A stretch of DNA of 60,140 nt, filler included, from Hausera hauseri (GCA_046269625.1; 11 parts of 11 records of this genome joined end to end with filler, not necessarily neighbours in it), one strand, 5' to 3'. Positions 24,831 to 38,567 are shown, counted from the first letter of the whole stretch. The notes: generated from the letters alone by a model not told the origin. Program-made: numbers and translations.

Positions 24831-25702
24831 CGATGTTTGATTCTGGATCCTTCGATGGTGATTTCCGATTCGCCTTTAACAAAACCGTCTTTTTAATGTG
24901 ACTTGCGAATAGATACTCGACGGCTAGGACAAATTTCCAAAAAATCACTATAAATGTCGTGGGTTCGAAATATTCCATGGTTTTCCCTTTCGGAATAAAT
25001 TCGTTAGTCCGCGTTCCGCTGATAATGTGGATCCCCACATGGGAAGATTGGTCATCTTTTGAATAAACCGGAAATCGGTTAGCAAATCCTTACATTCCGT
25101 ATAGTTTGAAAATGAGCAGACGTTTTCGCTTGTATATTGGGATTTCGTTTTACACCCGATTGCGTAGGATGATAACAAAGACTTATGATACTTTCGCCAA
25201 GTTTACCTATAGCGTTACATCGCTGACTATTCGTATCGAGCCTGTTGAGACTGTTTGGGTTCATTGGAATGTTTCCAATAAAACTATCGGTCAGCTTTCT
25301 TTGTTTGGGATCCGTCATTCTGCTTTTCTTGATCAGTGGATTTAAACAAATAGAATTAAATTGCCATTTGTTTATAATTCATTTCTGTCAAGAGTTGGCT
25401 AACATCACTATTGTTGCCTAATTTCGGCGTGTATAATTTTTGTTTTGTTTTGGGAACTTATAAAATTACCCACACAACTAGGTGCTTTTTAATAGTATTT
25501 ATTCAATCACTGCAGTGTTATTTAACACGTTGACGCCAGCGCGAAATTTTCTGCAATCATATATGTACCACCGGTGGTTCATGCAGACGTCAGTGTTAAG
25601 AAAATTAAGAATTTTAACTTTTATTTTGACCAACATTGTGAATTTAATATTATCCATTATTGTTTTATTTTTATTTTAGATTCAGTTGTTGACTAACGAA
25701 TA

Positions 25703-27223
25703 ATGTTACAAGTTATCAACAAACGACTGATCATCATATACATCATTATCTTTACAACTGTTTTTCAAGATGGAGTTTTATTACAAATGCGTATGTTCAT
25801 TTATTATCCACTGAAACACAAATGCGTAGCTCCGAACGTCACCGGAATTACCATATCTGAAGATCAATGTCATTATTTTCATAACGAAACCAAAATCCAA
25901 TGCAACAATTGGACATTTCACGACCCTTGGATAACATCCACTATTGTTTCGGAAATGCAACTGGTTTGTCAATATCGGCCATTGCAATTGATATTGGCTC
26001 CGTTGTTTAATTTAATAGGATCAGCTGGGTTTCTGATTGGTGTTTTTTCAGATTTGTTTGGGAGAAAAATTGTCTTTATAATCGTCGCAATAAGTGATAG
26101 TATCTTGTGGATAATACTGGGTATTATTCCAACTAGCTATATTGCACATGTTTTCGTTATGGGAGTTAAGTATCTATTTATGACAAACACATGTGTCGGT
26201 TTTGTATTTGTGTCTGAAATAACACCATTAAAGTATCGAAACTTTGTAGCACTCAACTACTGGGTATTGTATGGCGTTGGTATTGCTGTTTCATCCGGTT
26301 ATATGAAAGCAACATCACATTGGAGAAGTGCATGGTTAATTTCAGGAGCACCAACAGTCATTTATTTGTTAGGTCCATTCTTTCTTCTGGAAACACCGAA
26401 ATGGTTGCTGATTAACAATCGGTATGACCAGGCTAAAGAAACCTTGAAAAGACTCGGTCAGTATTCGTGTGATGAAGATATGGATAATATTATTAATGAA
26501 ATTGTCAGAAGTGAAGACCGTAAAGTTGGAAAAGAATTGAAGAACTACTGTGCATCGTATGTCCTTGTATTGAGATTATTTATCATAATATTCGCGTCTT
26601 TCTCAATTAACGCAGCTTACCAAGGAGTAGCAACAAATCTCAAATTTGGTGGGTCGGATATTTATTTAAATGTACTTTTTTTGGGCCTAATGGAGTGTCC
26701 TGCTGGGCCATTGGGTTCTTTGGGATACAAGTATATTGGAGGTGTTAGAACAGTTGTTATATGTTTAGTCATCGCATTGGTGTCGTATTCAACAAGCCCT
26801 ACTATGTGGAAACCATCATTAGCGGGCAATGTAGGCGTTGATGCTGTCAGCATGAGTTTGGCATGCATTGCTAAAATAGGTATAACGACCGCTTGGAATA
26901 TTATATATCTGTTTTACGTTTCTCTAAATCCAACAAATGTCAGAAACCTCATGGCAAATATTGGTAACTGTAGTGGTATTATTGGAGGTGCATTCGGTTC
27001 ATTCTTGGGATATTATTTTTTGACCAAAGTATTTGTTGCAAATTTGACATACAGTTCGTTTCTGTTATTGTCTGCTGTATTGATTGGATTATTTATTCCC
27101 TCGGTACAGGAAGGTGAACTACCAGATACCGTTGATGATTGCAAAGATATTCCAAATACGTTTATCTGTTGTAAAACCGACCGTGAACTCGATAAAACCT
27201 CATATGAGAAATTACATGAATGA
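25703..27223 (+). CDS. SLC22/organic cation transporter-like MFS protein
   Basis: 506 aa with about 12 hydrophobic segments; TIVSEMQLVC, SDLFGRK, ETPKWLL, PTNVRN, LPDT motifs. A possible acceptor ttttag near 25679 suggests an upstream exon. Confidence 0.9.
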   Translation: MLQVINKRLIIIYIIIFTTVFQDGVLLQMRMFIYYPLKHKCVAPNVTGITISEDQCHYFHNETKIQCNNWTFHDPWITSTIVSEMQLVCQYRPLQLILAPLFNLIGSAGFLIGVFSDLFGRKIVFIIVAISDSILWIILGIIPTSYIAHVFVMGVKYLFMTNTCVGFVFVSEITPLKYRNFVALNYWVLYGVGIAVSSGYMKATSHWRSAWLISGAPTVIYLLGPFFLLETPKWLLINNRYDQAKETLKRLGQYSCDEDMDNIINEIVRSEDRKVGKELKNYCASYVLVLRLFIIIFASFSINAAYQGVATNLKFGGSDIYLNVLFLGLMECPAGPLGSLGYKYIGGVRTVVICLVIALVSYSTSPTMWKPSLAGNVGVDAVSMSLACIAKIGITTAWNIIYLFYVSLNPTNVRNLMANIGNCSGIIGGAFGSFLGYYFLTKVFVANLTYSSFLLLSAVLIGLFIPSVQEGELPDTVDDCKDIPNTFICCKTDRELDKTSYEKLHE

Positions 27224-28044
27224 CTCGGAATATCCTGTTGTATATTCATTTGAAAATAATTTATCAATAATAATAATTCATAAATAATTTCAAAATTAGG
27301 ATTACTTTTTGTGATCTCTGTTTTGTGTTGCCAATTGGAAAAAATGCTTTGATTCATAAATGCAAAATGCACGTAGTTCAATAAATAATTTGTCTTTTCA
27401 CAATTGTTAAATTTAAAGATATAATTACCCAATTTACGTAAGAGTACAAATCATTTTTGTTATGTTGCTGTGAAAATCGATCTAGTTATGCACTAGTTAT
27501 CAATATTTTAAGAATCCTTCCAAAATTTAGCGGTAATTCATTTATAGTCAAGAAGATTTGAATTTTAATAGACAACGGTGTACGATGTGGCGCCCCATTC
27601 ATGTCAGGAAGGTTTTTATGTATGCGGAATCCGATGGAATGGTCAGATGAAATGAATAACATACGGTTTACTGAGTTTTCGAGTTCAAATTGAGAATTAT
27701 TCGGCGCGTAAACTTGTTTTTGAATGTCTGACACCGGATTCTGATTCTCCATATATGGTTTTCTATCTGTCTACGGTTAACGATTTTACGATTTTTGATT
27801 CGTTGGAGAGGAAAAAACTATGCTGCTTCTATACCATCAACTATGATTCGATATTATTCGATTATCAATAGACCGATTTAAAAACGGTTTGCAAAGTTAG
27901 ATAGAGCACACTTAATTTTATCGATTTTACTTGTTCTCAAGTTCGAATCATAGATATTGGAGTTATCGGAAAATGAATATTATTGATTTTCACCCATTTG
28001 GAATAGTGCACCAAATGTTTCAAATGCACAGATTGAAGAGCATG

Positions 28045-28515
28045 AGTAGTGAGAAAATGTGCTTTCGGTCTATCCCCGGGGAAGGGGAGTAATCGATAAA
28101 TCGATTTTGCACATGTTCCGATCGATTGTGCACACAGTGCACCATCGATCCACAAAGTGCCTAGCAACGGTGCCGCTAGGTACCGTTGCTAAGGGCACCT
28201 TTGCACTTTTCACATATCGATCGCTGCACAGCGCAGTATTGATTGAATCAATTGGGACAAAATGCTAATCTATAGAGCACATCAAGGCGCATCGATTGGT
28301 GCACAGTGCAAGGGTGCAGCACATGTGCAAATGTGCAAAAATCAATAATATTGGATTTTCAAGTTTTCAAAAATCGATCTTTGGGGCTCAAGACCGGGTG
28401 CAATCGCAAGTGCACTTGATGTTGTATATGTTTGTGCTGTTAGAATTTAAATCGATTGATTGGTTTTCGAATAATTCGCAAGTGGGCCAGAACCGCCATA
28501 GGCCTTTCCGGTATA
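28045..28515. repeat. Palindrome-rich interspersed repeat family (ATCGAT/GTGCAC-rich)
   Basis: Shares gtgcaaaaatcaataatat and caacggtg..caccgttg cores with 36355-37161 and 40815-41571. Confidence 0.8.
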
Positions 28516-28615
28516 NNNNNNNNNNNNNNNNNNNNNNNNNNNNNNNNNNNNNNNNNNNNTTAATTAATTAANNNNNNNNNNNNNNNNNNNNNNNNNNNNN
28601 NNNNNNNNNNNNNNN

Positions 28616-31556
28616 TTCTATTAGGGCTGCTCTATGTTCTGGACAAATACTTAGGGTTTCGATATCCTGGATTGAAATCTCGTCGATAGGTTTCTCTGTT
28701 AAATGTTGGATTCCTTCTTGTCGGATACTTCTTAACTTGGAGTAAAAATTGCAAGTCATATTCCGCTTTTCTGTAAAGTTCGTTTCTTCGATAATTTTAT
28801 AGATTTCTTCCAATATTGTCATTTCTTTCTTCTTCTTCATGAAATTTAACTGTCGTAATGATTCGAACCGTATCCGGATGTCTATTTCTGCTTGTATGGT
28901 GTTTAAGTTACGTGCACTTCTTCTAGTTGTTTTTTCACCGATGGTTCACTTTCCGCGAATTCTTTCTTGCGGTCTTCTATTAATTTACTTAATCTCGTTA
29001 TTAATTCGGACCATTCCGACAATTAGTTGGCGATTATCGGCTTCGCTAATATTGCCTTGTCTAACATTTTATATGCATCTTTCAATTCACCATCTGGACC
29101 TTTTGTGAAATTCATAATTTGGCTAAAATAGTTGAACTCGTCCTTATATTCTTCGATTTCTATAATACAAGCTTTTATTATATATTTGGTTTCTTCATTA
29201 CTCATAAACATGATTCGATTTCTTAAACTACTGATCTGTGATCTTTTTTCATTCTCCATTTTAATGCGACTCTAAGTGCGCACATCGTCTGGTTTCGGCA
29301 AAGGCAATTTTTATCATTTCCATTAACGAAGGAATATCTATCGGGTCTATACCCAATATTTCCAAGTCGATATCTCTTCGATTGCTAACCGGTTTTTCCC
29401 TAAGCCGGTTGATCATGGCATAACGGATTTCATCAATTTTACGTTCTAAGTTACGAGCTACTCTCTTCAACTTGGGATTCGCTTATACAGTGGATAGTAA
29501 TGTTTGTGCTTCAGCGACTTTTACGCCGACATTATCTTCGTCCTTACTCCATCCATCCAAAAATTCGACTTCACTTTCAATCCATGACTCTAATTCATGG
29601 TTCCATTTCGTCAACATCTCTTGCGGCACCTCTTCCGGTTGTCTTACTTCAATTGCTTCATCAAGTTTCCCTTCACTACATAATTTTAAACTCTTGTATA
29701 ATTTTTCCGCAAATTGCTCTTCTTTACCAGATATATTGGTTTGTTTACTGATCTGTTCAAGCCTTTCGAGATTATGTCGGAGTATCTCTGGATCGTGACA
29801 TCTAATTCTCATTCTCTTTAATTCGTCGGCATTCTCCCATGAACGTCGGACCTTCCATTTTCTCACATCCAGATCATTATTATCTATTTCATTAATTTCA
29901 TCATTAATATTTACTATCTCCGGTGTTTTCGACGTTTCTACAGTCCTTTCGGACGTATCTAAGGGCGAGTCGTCTCTGAGCATAGCAGTATAGAAGTCTC
30001 CTTTTTCTTCCGCGTCTTTATTTATGGGAGATCTTGAGCGAGTCTTGGATCTTGTCTTAGGCGATGGGCTTCTGCCTCTGTTTTTTGTTATTTTGAGGAC
30101 TAAAGGTTCCATAAATTCGTCTTCAACTTCATCTGTTATTTTGTCTGTTATTTCTGCGTCTAAATCTACGTTTTGAGATGTTGATGGTTTCTCTGACTGA
30201 GCTATTCCTTGGGGAATAGGTTTCTTGCGCGCCATATTGACATTGTTCGGTGTCAGTGCATATTCCTCTTCAGTTTGTGGCTCTCTTAATCCATGATAAA
30301 CTTCCATTAATCGTAATTTTTCCTAATATTCTTTTCTAGCCTTCATTACTTGAGGATTTGTAGTTTCGCTCAGATTCCTTACAGATCTACGTAGATCTTG
30401 CATTTCAATAATCAAGCTTATATCCCGTCGTTTGTCGTAGATGGCTCCTAAGTTATTTCTAATCATACTTGTTTTGTTCGGTTCTGTGAATGTGACGTTT
30501 CCAGAATTCGGACATGATCGGGCAATGTGCCCTTCTTTTCCACACATAAAACAAATTAAATTCCCATTTCGACCAATCCTTTGTCTGCCATCATCATTTA
30601 CGGGTGATTTTGATCTGTTTGTATTCTTATTCTGGCTCTGTGATATTTGTCTGTGGTCTCCGTCATATCTGTTATCATTATTACGATTATCCGTATATTT
30701 AACATTGGGCCGGTAACCACCTTGGTTTCTATCTGGATTGTAACTTGATTTATGATACAATTTGTATGTATTCCAATTATTACTAGAACTTCTATCGTTT
30801 CTTTGATTCTTATCGTAAGCGTTTTAATTTCTATTATCAAAACCTCGGTTTCGGTTATTATCGCTAAATCGTCTGTTGTATTAATTATCGTTTCTATTCC
30901 GATTGTTGCGGTCATTATTCCTTTCATATTTGTCACCATGCTGCGCATATTTCTAATGCCATTTCTAAGTCTTGGGCTAATTGTAACGTCCTTTCAAAAT
31001 TATCTGGTCTGGCCAAAATTAATTGTGTAAATAGATCTCTTGACCATATGCCATTTATTAACTAAGTTGTCATCATAACATCTAAATCTGGCGGTGTCGC
31101 TTTTTCCGCAGCGTCACGTTCTGCGTCTGTCTTAGCTTTCGTTACGTTAGCTATTCTCAAGGTACTTACATAACTATTAGCGAGTTTCTTCAATGCAAAT
31201 GCAAACTGGGTTACCGATTCACCCTTTTGTTGTACTCTATTTTGAAATGCCATAAGTTTTTGTTGCGGCGTCACTGTTGGCAATAATTTACGGTTTAATG
31301 CTCCTACCAAGAAGGACCAAGATTTCTTTTCATCTTTGCTAAGCTCACTATAAGCATCGGCAGTTAAATTCTTTAGATACAGTGATAAACGTTTTATCGT
31401 TACTTCAGGAGTGAGACTAGCACCTTCTGCGTGCAACTTATAAGTTCTCAAAAAATAGTTTAATTCGTCCGGATCACCATCGTATGCCGGCAGATTCAAA
31501 GAATCTAATGTAAAAATGTCGAGCTTCTGTGCTACGGCTAAATTATCTGCTGCCAT
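28616..31556 (-). pseudogene. gag: Ty3/Gypsy gag with zinc knuckle and long extension (copy Y)
   Basis: LPAYDGDPDELNYFLRTY capsid start, MHR-like RVQQKGESVTQFAFALKKLA, CFMCGKEGHIARSC, then about 1.9 kb of coding fragments without a protease motif. Confidence 0.85.
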
Positions 31557-31865
31557 ATCTGTCTTATTCTTGTAAGATTTATTTTCAAGTTGAGGAAGTT
31601 TAAACTTACCGTTTGGTTCGACGTTAGTTATTTTAACTCTAGTTTCCGAATTTGCTCTGTATATAACTCTACGTGTCTGACGTATAGGTGATTTATCCTT
31701 ACCGTTTATTTGGTTGTCAGTATTCGTACTGAATTATCCCTTTAAATTTAAGTCTGATAACTTATATCCCAAAATTTAAAATTTCTCACAATTACTTGGT
31801 GTAGGTGGCGCTGATCGACGGTATGTCGTTACTTGACTCTAATAGTATCTAGCTAGGCACAAACT

Positions 31866-31883
31866 GTCCTGCTGGGGTCGCCA
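31866..31883 (-). promoter_or_regulatory. Primer binding site of the gag copy Y element (tRNA-Arg or -Ser type, uncertain)
   Basis: Minus strand reads ...ATAACA-TT-TGGCGACCCCAGCAGGAC: LTR end CA, 2 nt, then a TGG-initiated 18-mer. Confidence 0.8.
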
Positions 31884-31885
31884 AA

Positions 31886-32490
31886 TGTTATATATTAGGG
31901 TGGCCCTTATCACTGCCCTCTAGATATAACGTAGTTTACAGATTCGGTTTAACGTTCTCGTTAAACGAATGTGCCAAATATTGAAATATTACGTAAATGC
32001 AATGAATGGATGCCGTGTCCTGTGCGTATGTTAGCAGATCTGGTACATATATAAGTTACGTAAAAATTTTAATACTTAGTGTAAAGTTAATCAGCTTTAC
32101 GAGCCGATGTGAAACTATTCAGAAAAGTTTTTAAAAAATTATAAACGAATATATTAACACAATTTACCCAAAAAATGATCACCAGATTAGTAATAAGTCT
32201 AATAATTGATCTGGACCAACTGAAGTACGATTACGTCTCCTCGATTAGTTTTCGCAGTGAAGTTTCAAATTCAAGTCGTTTTCGCTCTAATCGACTCTAC
32301 AGTCGATGTCAAAAATTCTTTTCTCCTACCAATTTAGCTGCGTCTTATATACAAATCAGTTCAAGGTGGGCGTTGTTTAATTTCAATTTCGCATGTGGTC
32401 CAATGATTGATTTCAATTTCGCGACATTTGTTTAATTTTTCTTTCAATTTAAAATTTACCATCTGCTACTTTCTAATTTGTTTAACACAT
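31886..32490 (-). repeat. Putative 5' LTR (far boundary uncertain)
   Basis: Ends in ATAACA next to the PBS; TATA-like TATATAAG on minus near 32344-32351. Confidence 0.5.
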
Positions 32491-32649
32491 TATTAATTAT
32501 AAACCTATCCATTTCATAAGTAATTCTAAAAAATTTCTAAACTAATATGTACAAATAAACAGCTGTCTCCACAATGATCAATATTCTAATTGCTATTTAC
32601 AACATGCTTTTATGTATTCATAAAGCCAGTATTTTTAATTTTTATTAAC

Positions 32650-34353
32650 TGTTTCAGTCACGAATCACCCATCATGTATTGCAATTGATGTACATAAGAA
32701 AAACACTGGAATCTTATTTCACATTTTTCTATTGCATTTTCCGACTTCCGTTGAAAAATATTGTTTTGCACTTTTGTCCACACATTCATCCTAGTAAATT
32801 CCATCACCTGAATCAATTTCCAACCCCTGCTCAACTTTTCTGTTTTTCTTTCTATTACTTTCTTGCTTCCGTCATTCATTTTTCATTTATTCTGACTGCA
32901 CCATTCGACTCACGAACATTCCGCGAGTCGGAAACATTCACCAACGTCTGTACTTAATCTTCTCCTAGTCTCAAGACAATGCTGGATCTCGCCCACTTTT
33001 TTGACCGATTTTCCTGCTTCACCCATTTACCCAACCGCCTTAGTCCCCAAATTATTCGAACACCCGTACTCTATTCTACAAATCCACACATCTATTACTG
33101 CTCAGTTTTTGCTTGTGAAAGAAGTTGCTTTTTTCTTTGGCATTTCCTGAATTCCCTTAAGGAATACTGCTGCGTGCTGCTCATCAATGAATTTCCCGTG
33201 GTGGAATTGACCAGAAACTGTTCATTTTCCAGCAGCAATGGTTCTATTTCCCGTGTTTCTCCCCCCTCTGGATGAGATCCAGAATATCTACTTACCGATA
33301 GCTAAAAATTCTTTCTCCACAATTGAATGTTTGTTTTGTTCTTGACAACTTGCGACTTAAGAAGCATACAGATTTTTCTCGTCCATTAAGAATTTGAGTT
33401 AGTGCCGCTGAAATTCCATATCCTGATGCATCGGTCGTGGTAATTGTTGAGATATTAAAATCTACATTAGAAAGTCAGAGGAATGCAGTTAATCAATGCT
33501 CGTTTTTCCGTGTCAACCGTGTTTGTTTCCTTCGTAGTCCAGTCGAACGGCACATGATTTTTGAATAATTCGAATAAAGTAGACGTTAATTGTGAGAAAT
33601 CACGAATGAATGAATAACATATGACAAATAATCAATACTTTCAATTATATCTTGTCGCAATAATCTAGTTATTTAGTCTTCGAACTTAATTTCTACTGCG
33701 AAAGGAATTCGTCTTCGTTTTTTGAATTAACATTTCTGGACTTCCGGGTTTCAATTTAGCAAAAAATCGAAATCCTTATATTGCTGGAAGTAGTTCTAAA
33801 TTCCACATTTCAGTAGTTTCTTCTTTCGTATTAATTGTTCCTTCATGATTTACATCTAGTTCATTCACCTATCCAAATGAATTGNNNNNNNNNNAGGATA
33901 GAAATGACATACATTCCCAAAACTGCCTTATTTGTATCCGTAATGAGGAATTCAATTACCCAGTGATTTTCCACTAAAACTGCATTTGATATCTGGTATC
34001 CAGTCTCTCATTTTTATTTCCGTCCCATCAAAATTTTTGCATTTTAAATACCCAATTTTCTGTTATGCTGTTGGAAAATATGCACTATATTTCTGTTCAA
34101 GTACAATTGATACATCCGGGCCAGTATCTATTAAGAATTTTCATGTTTTGATTCCTTTATCCGTCTGTAGTGTAATATCCGCGGTTGGTTTTGTGACTTT
34201 CTGTAGCACACTTTTAGATAATTCTTGATTTATTGTATAGATTTTTGATTCGAGCACTTAGCTTGTCACGTTTTCTTTGCCGACAAACATTTGATATGTG
34301 ACCTTGCTTTTTACAGACTGAACATATCGCATTTCGCGTAGGACAATGAGATT
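32650..34353 (-). mobile_element. Highly degraded Ty3/Gypsy pol remnant
   Basis: Protease FLIDTGPDVSIV near 34103-34138 and RNase H TTDASGYGISAALTQ near 33397-33441; RT largely missing. Confidence 0.7.
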
Positions 34354-34453
34354 NNNNNNNNNNNNNNNNNNNNNNNNNNNNNNNNNNNNNNNNNNNNTTA
34401 ATTAATTAANNNNNNNNNNNNNNNNNNNNNNNNNNNNNNNNNNNNNNNNNNNN

Positions 34454-34575
34454 GTCTTATCGTTTATTAAAATATTTACAATGAACGGCATCTTACTTCT
34501 GTTCAGATTTTTGCAAGCCCTATACGATCTATAGGCACCAAATTTTATGTTCGTTAATAATATAAAAAGAAATTT
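34454..34575. repeat. 122-bp inverted repeat arm; partner at 38249-38370
   Basis: Reverse complement matches 38249-38370 with one visible mismatch; truncated by the contig start. Confidence 0.9.
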
Positions 34576-35819
34576 CGTGGAGCACTTTGTACTTTTGCAA
34601 AAATCCACCGATCCAATAAATTAAAATCAGGACTATATGCTTCTTCTTTTAGAAGGTATCACCATGATTATTCAAAAATCTTGTGACCTTGAACGCTGAA
34701 TGTGGTACGGCACTGTCATGCATAATGACAATGTTGTTCCACTGTATCGGATTCCTCACATGCTTGAAGAAATTGTGCTATATCTTTTTTAAAAATCCAA
34801 ATAAATATGAGATGTTACTCAAGAACCTCGGGGCAAGACATGTACACAATGAGAGGCAGAAAAATTCTTCCTCTTATGCTGTTTTCGTCGACGCATAGTT
34901 GAAGGGCATTCTTGTAGATTTTCACTGCTTACCAAACTGCATTGATCTACTGATCTATGAAACATCGACTTTTCGTGAAATGATTACTAATCTTTCTTTA
35001 CCATGAGGATGTCTGTGGAGGAAATAGATGATGTTTTATTGTGGAAGCAAATTCCGAAACGATAATGGCAAACAGTATATAAACTATTACCAAACAATAC
35101 AATTAACTTACTTCTATCTTAACAGTACCATGCAATTCAAAATTTCAACGAAGATTTTAAGATAATTTGATTTAAGGTTTTGATCCTCGAATTCAGTGAT
35201 TTTAGTCAACGATGCACATATAACTCACAATTAACTCATAAAAATTCTACGATAGAAGTTTAGTGAAAAAATTTTCTACGTTTGACAAACGCTACGATAT
35301 TATTGTTACTATCAGACGCTCAACAACAATAATTTGCTGACGAATTGTTAATTAATTCCTACGAAGTGAAATTCCCCTACTTGTCTGAGTTACAAATTCA
35401 ATCCTTGACGATTATCGAAATCTACGGACATAAATACGCCAATTTGCTATTAACTTACTCCGATTCACCCACGAAATCAATATGAATGAACAAAACCCCT
35501 TAAGTGGACGAAATTATCGAGATTCTCAGACTGAACAAGAAGAAACGTCAAATAGTTCACAGAGTAAATAATTTGTCATTATTACCATATTTTGTTGAAT
35601 AAGAATTACTGAATCAAAATTTTGTGGTTATATTTTTGTTCAAAGGCTATTGATTTTAGTTGAATAAAAGAGAGCAAGTATTGCTTGGCAGATTTTGTAA
35701 GAAGACAAGTGTAGGTCAGTACAAGACTTAATCAGACCACCACTGAGAAGTCTACGATCAAGATATTACAGAAGCGCAACAATAGAAAGCCAAAAAGCCA
35801 CATTGGAAGAAGTTTCATC

Positions 35820-36225
35820 CCACTGAGATCAAAGAAGTGGTATTTTAGAATTTTCTGCCACTTGGTTGATGTTGCGACCATAAACGCATGGTTACTCTAT
35901 CGGTGTTCACTTGATCAGAAACAAGTTCCCACTTGAGCAAAGGTAGCAAAATGATTGTGCTTCATAGATGCCCCACAAAGTAGAAGAAGAGGAAGGCCTA
36001 GTGATATTGAGGTGCAACTTTAGGTCTAGAGACACCGGGGTCCAGCTTCACAAGTTCCTCTCCTTAATGTCAGAACGGATCAAGTCGTCCATTGGCCTGA
36101 ACATGACTCACCATGACAGCGGTGCAAATGTCCAAGGTGCTCTGGCTAAATATATTTCAAGTGTTCCAAGTATGAGGTATACTTTTGTCTAACCAAGGAC
36201 AAAAATTTTGCAAAATTTCATGTAT
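35820..36225 (+). mobile_element. piggyBac transposase C-terminal remnant
   Basis: LRSKKWYFRIFCHLVDVATINAWLLYR at 35823-35903 and Cys-rich tail RCKCPRC..FKCSKYEVYFCLTKDKNF..FH at about 36120-36221. Confidence 0.8.
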
Positions 36226-36354
36226 TTATAAGAAGTATGTGACGTCATAGTATGACCATTTCATGATGTTGCAAATTTGCAACACTTCCTATATTTGAAT
36301 AAAATATATGACATATGTCTAAATAAAAAGAAAAATTGATAAAATCGATACTAA

Positions 36355-37161
36355 CAATTGGGAAATGCTCGGGACAACGGTACCATTGGGCACCGTTGCC
36401 AGGGAACTTTTGAACTTTTCACATATTTGTCGCAGTACGGCCCAGAAAATGGTCGAATAGATTATGACCAAGTGCTGGTGGATAGAGCATGTCGTGGTGC
36501 ATCGAGCTGTGCTCGGAGAAAATCATCTGCACATGTGCGAGGGTGCAAAAATCAATAATATCGGTTTCCGATCAATCCTAGGCTGTACAGCTACAAGAAT
36601 GTAAAAATGTAAAAGTGCCATGGCAACGGTGTGTAAAGGCACCTCCGCCTTGAGAATTTTCCGATTTGTAGTGCACCGCATGTGACATGACTATTTTATC
36701 AATTTAATCAAGTCTGCACCATCTGGCATTTATTTGAAAACCAATCGATCGATTTAAATTCTAACTACACATTCGCATAGAGAATCGATTTTGTACTCGA
36801 TTGCACACGGTACCCTGCGCCAATCATCAATATTGTAATTATCGGAAAACCGATATTATTGATTTTTGCACACTTGCACATGTACAGTGCACCTGTACTG
36901 TGAACCCGTCGATGTGCACTAATGTGCACTATCGATTAGCACTTTGTGCTAATAGAATCGATCCCTACTGCAGTGTGCAGCGATCGATAAGCGAAATGTG
37001 GAAAGTGTGGTTAGTAACGGTGCGTAAAGGCACCGTTGCCTGGCACATTACCGATCAATAGTGCACCGAGTGCACTATCGATTGGCACATGTACAAAATT
37101 GATTCAACCATTAGCAGTTTCTGCGGGGGAGGTGAGGGAGAATCCCCATTTTTCCCATACT
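36355..37161. repeat. Palindrome-rich repeat family, two units in inverted orientation
   Basis: 36365-36572 aligns to the reverse complement of 36841-37050. Confidence 0.8.
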
Positions 37162-38567
37162 GACCGCAACGTCTTCAAGGCTGGTGTCTCCATTTTTAAA
37201 TTTTTTATACCAGTAGTAAGCCACATCCCTCCTCACCATACAATGACCTTCCACTTCAGATATGGCTTTAAAGGCTTACCTTTTTCCAGAAAAAACGCAG
37301 AAACACTCGATTTGTATATTTTTCTTCAAACATCTAGAAGGTGTTTTGTTATATTAGTAAGCAATTTGTAAACTTGCAATAATTATTAATTAATTATTGG
37401 ATTTTGTAAGCAGTACGAATTTAAATGAAATTTCGAAACTTACATTGGTCAACGTTGCCAGAAGTGAGTTAATGATCATTAACCCTATCAGTAAAATATA
37501 GGATATACTGGTTTGCAAGAACATGTGAAATTGAAATAATTGACGACCATGAATGTTTTGACCAGACTAGTTCTTTCGAAACTCAAACTATCAAAAGGAA
37601 TATTCTGGATTCCAAGTATATAACAAAACTAACGATGGATATTGATTCACAAAACAAAACAAAGTTTTTCCGTTAAGGAAAATAAAGACTCAATGTCTAA
37701 TTCTGTGGACCAAACATCATAAATCGAAATTTAATTTATTTCTGATAAATGTTTACAAAATATAGATTCGAAGAAAAAATTAGTTATGATAAAAGATGAA
37801 GAAAATTAACCTTTTGAATGTGTACAAGTGGATTGTATTTATACGTTTATATTCAAAGGAATTTATTAAGCAGTGTTCAATACTGATAATATATTTAAAG
37901 TCAATTTCGATGATTCAGAGAATTGAGGAAAAGCTGATAAGAGCAATTCTGAGATTCAACTTGTCAAATTGTTATTGGCTGTTACAAATATCAGCAAAAC
38001 ATCTACAACTTCAATGTCTGTAATAACTTCACTTTGTAACTACATTGTATAATATGAATGTAAATTTTAAATATATTACACAATCGCCTTGTGATATACT
38101 TGTGACAGAATTTTTGGTATGACCTGAGTATTTTGACATGACATGAACGATAAACCGGAAATCCGACATTCTTATTAGAAAAATTAAGGAACAGCAAAAT
38201 GACACAACATTTAGAAGTCCATATTGCATAATCATAGCTTTGTTTGCAAAATTTCTTTTTATATTATTAACGAACATAAAATTTGGTGCCTACAGATCGT
38301 ATAGGGCTTGCAAAAATCTGAACAGAAGTAAGATGCCGTTCATTGTAAATATTTTAATAAACGATAAGACAAAAATGTACATAATTAAAGGCAAAATATT
38401 TTCGTCAAAAAATGAATCAATGATATTTGGATGAATTTTCATGCGTATATTTATTCGAAATATTCAATTAATTAAAATTTAAGGAAATTTTATTATTGTT
38501 GTCAATATATTCCTAGAATTATCAAATTTGTTTTTTAATACTTATTTTTATTCATACGACTTACCAA

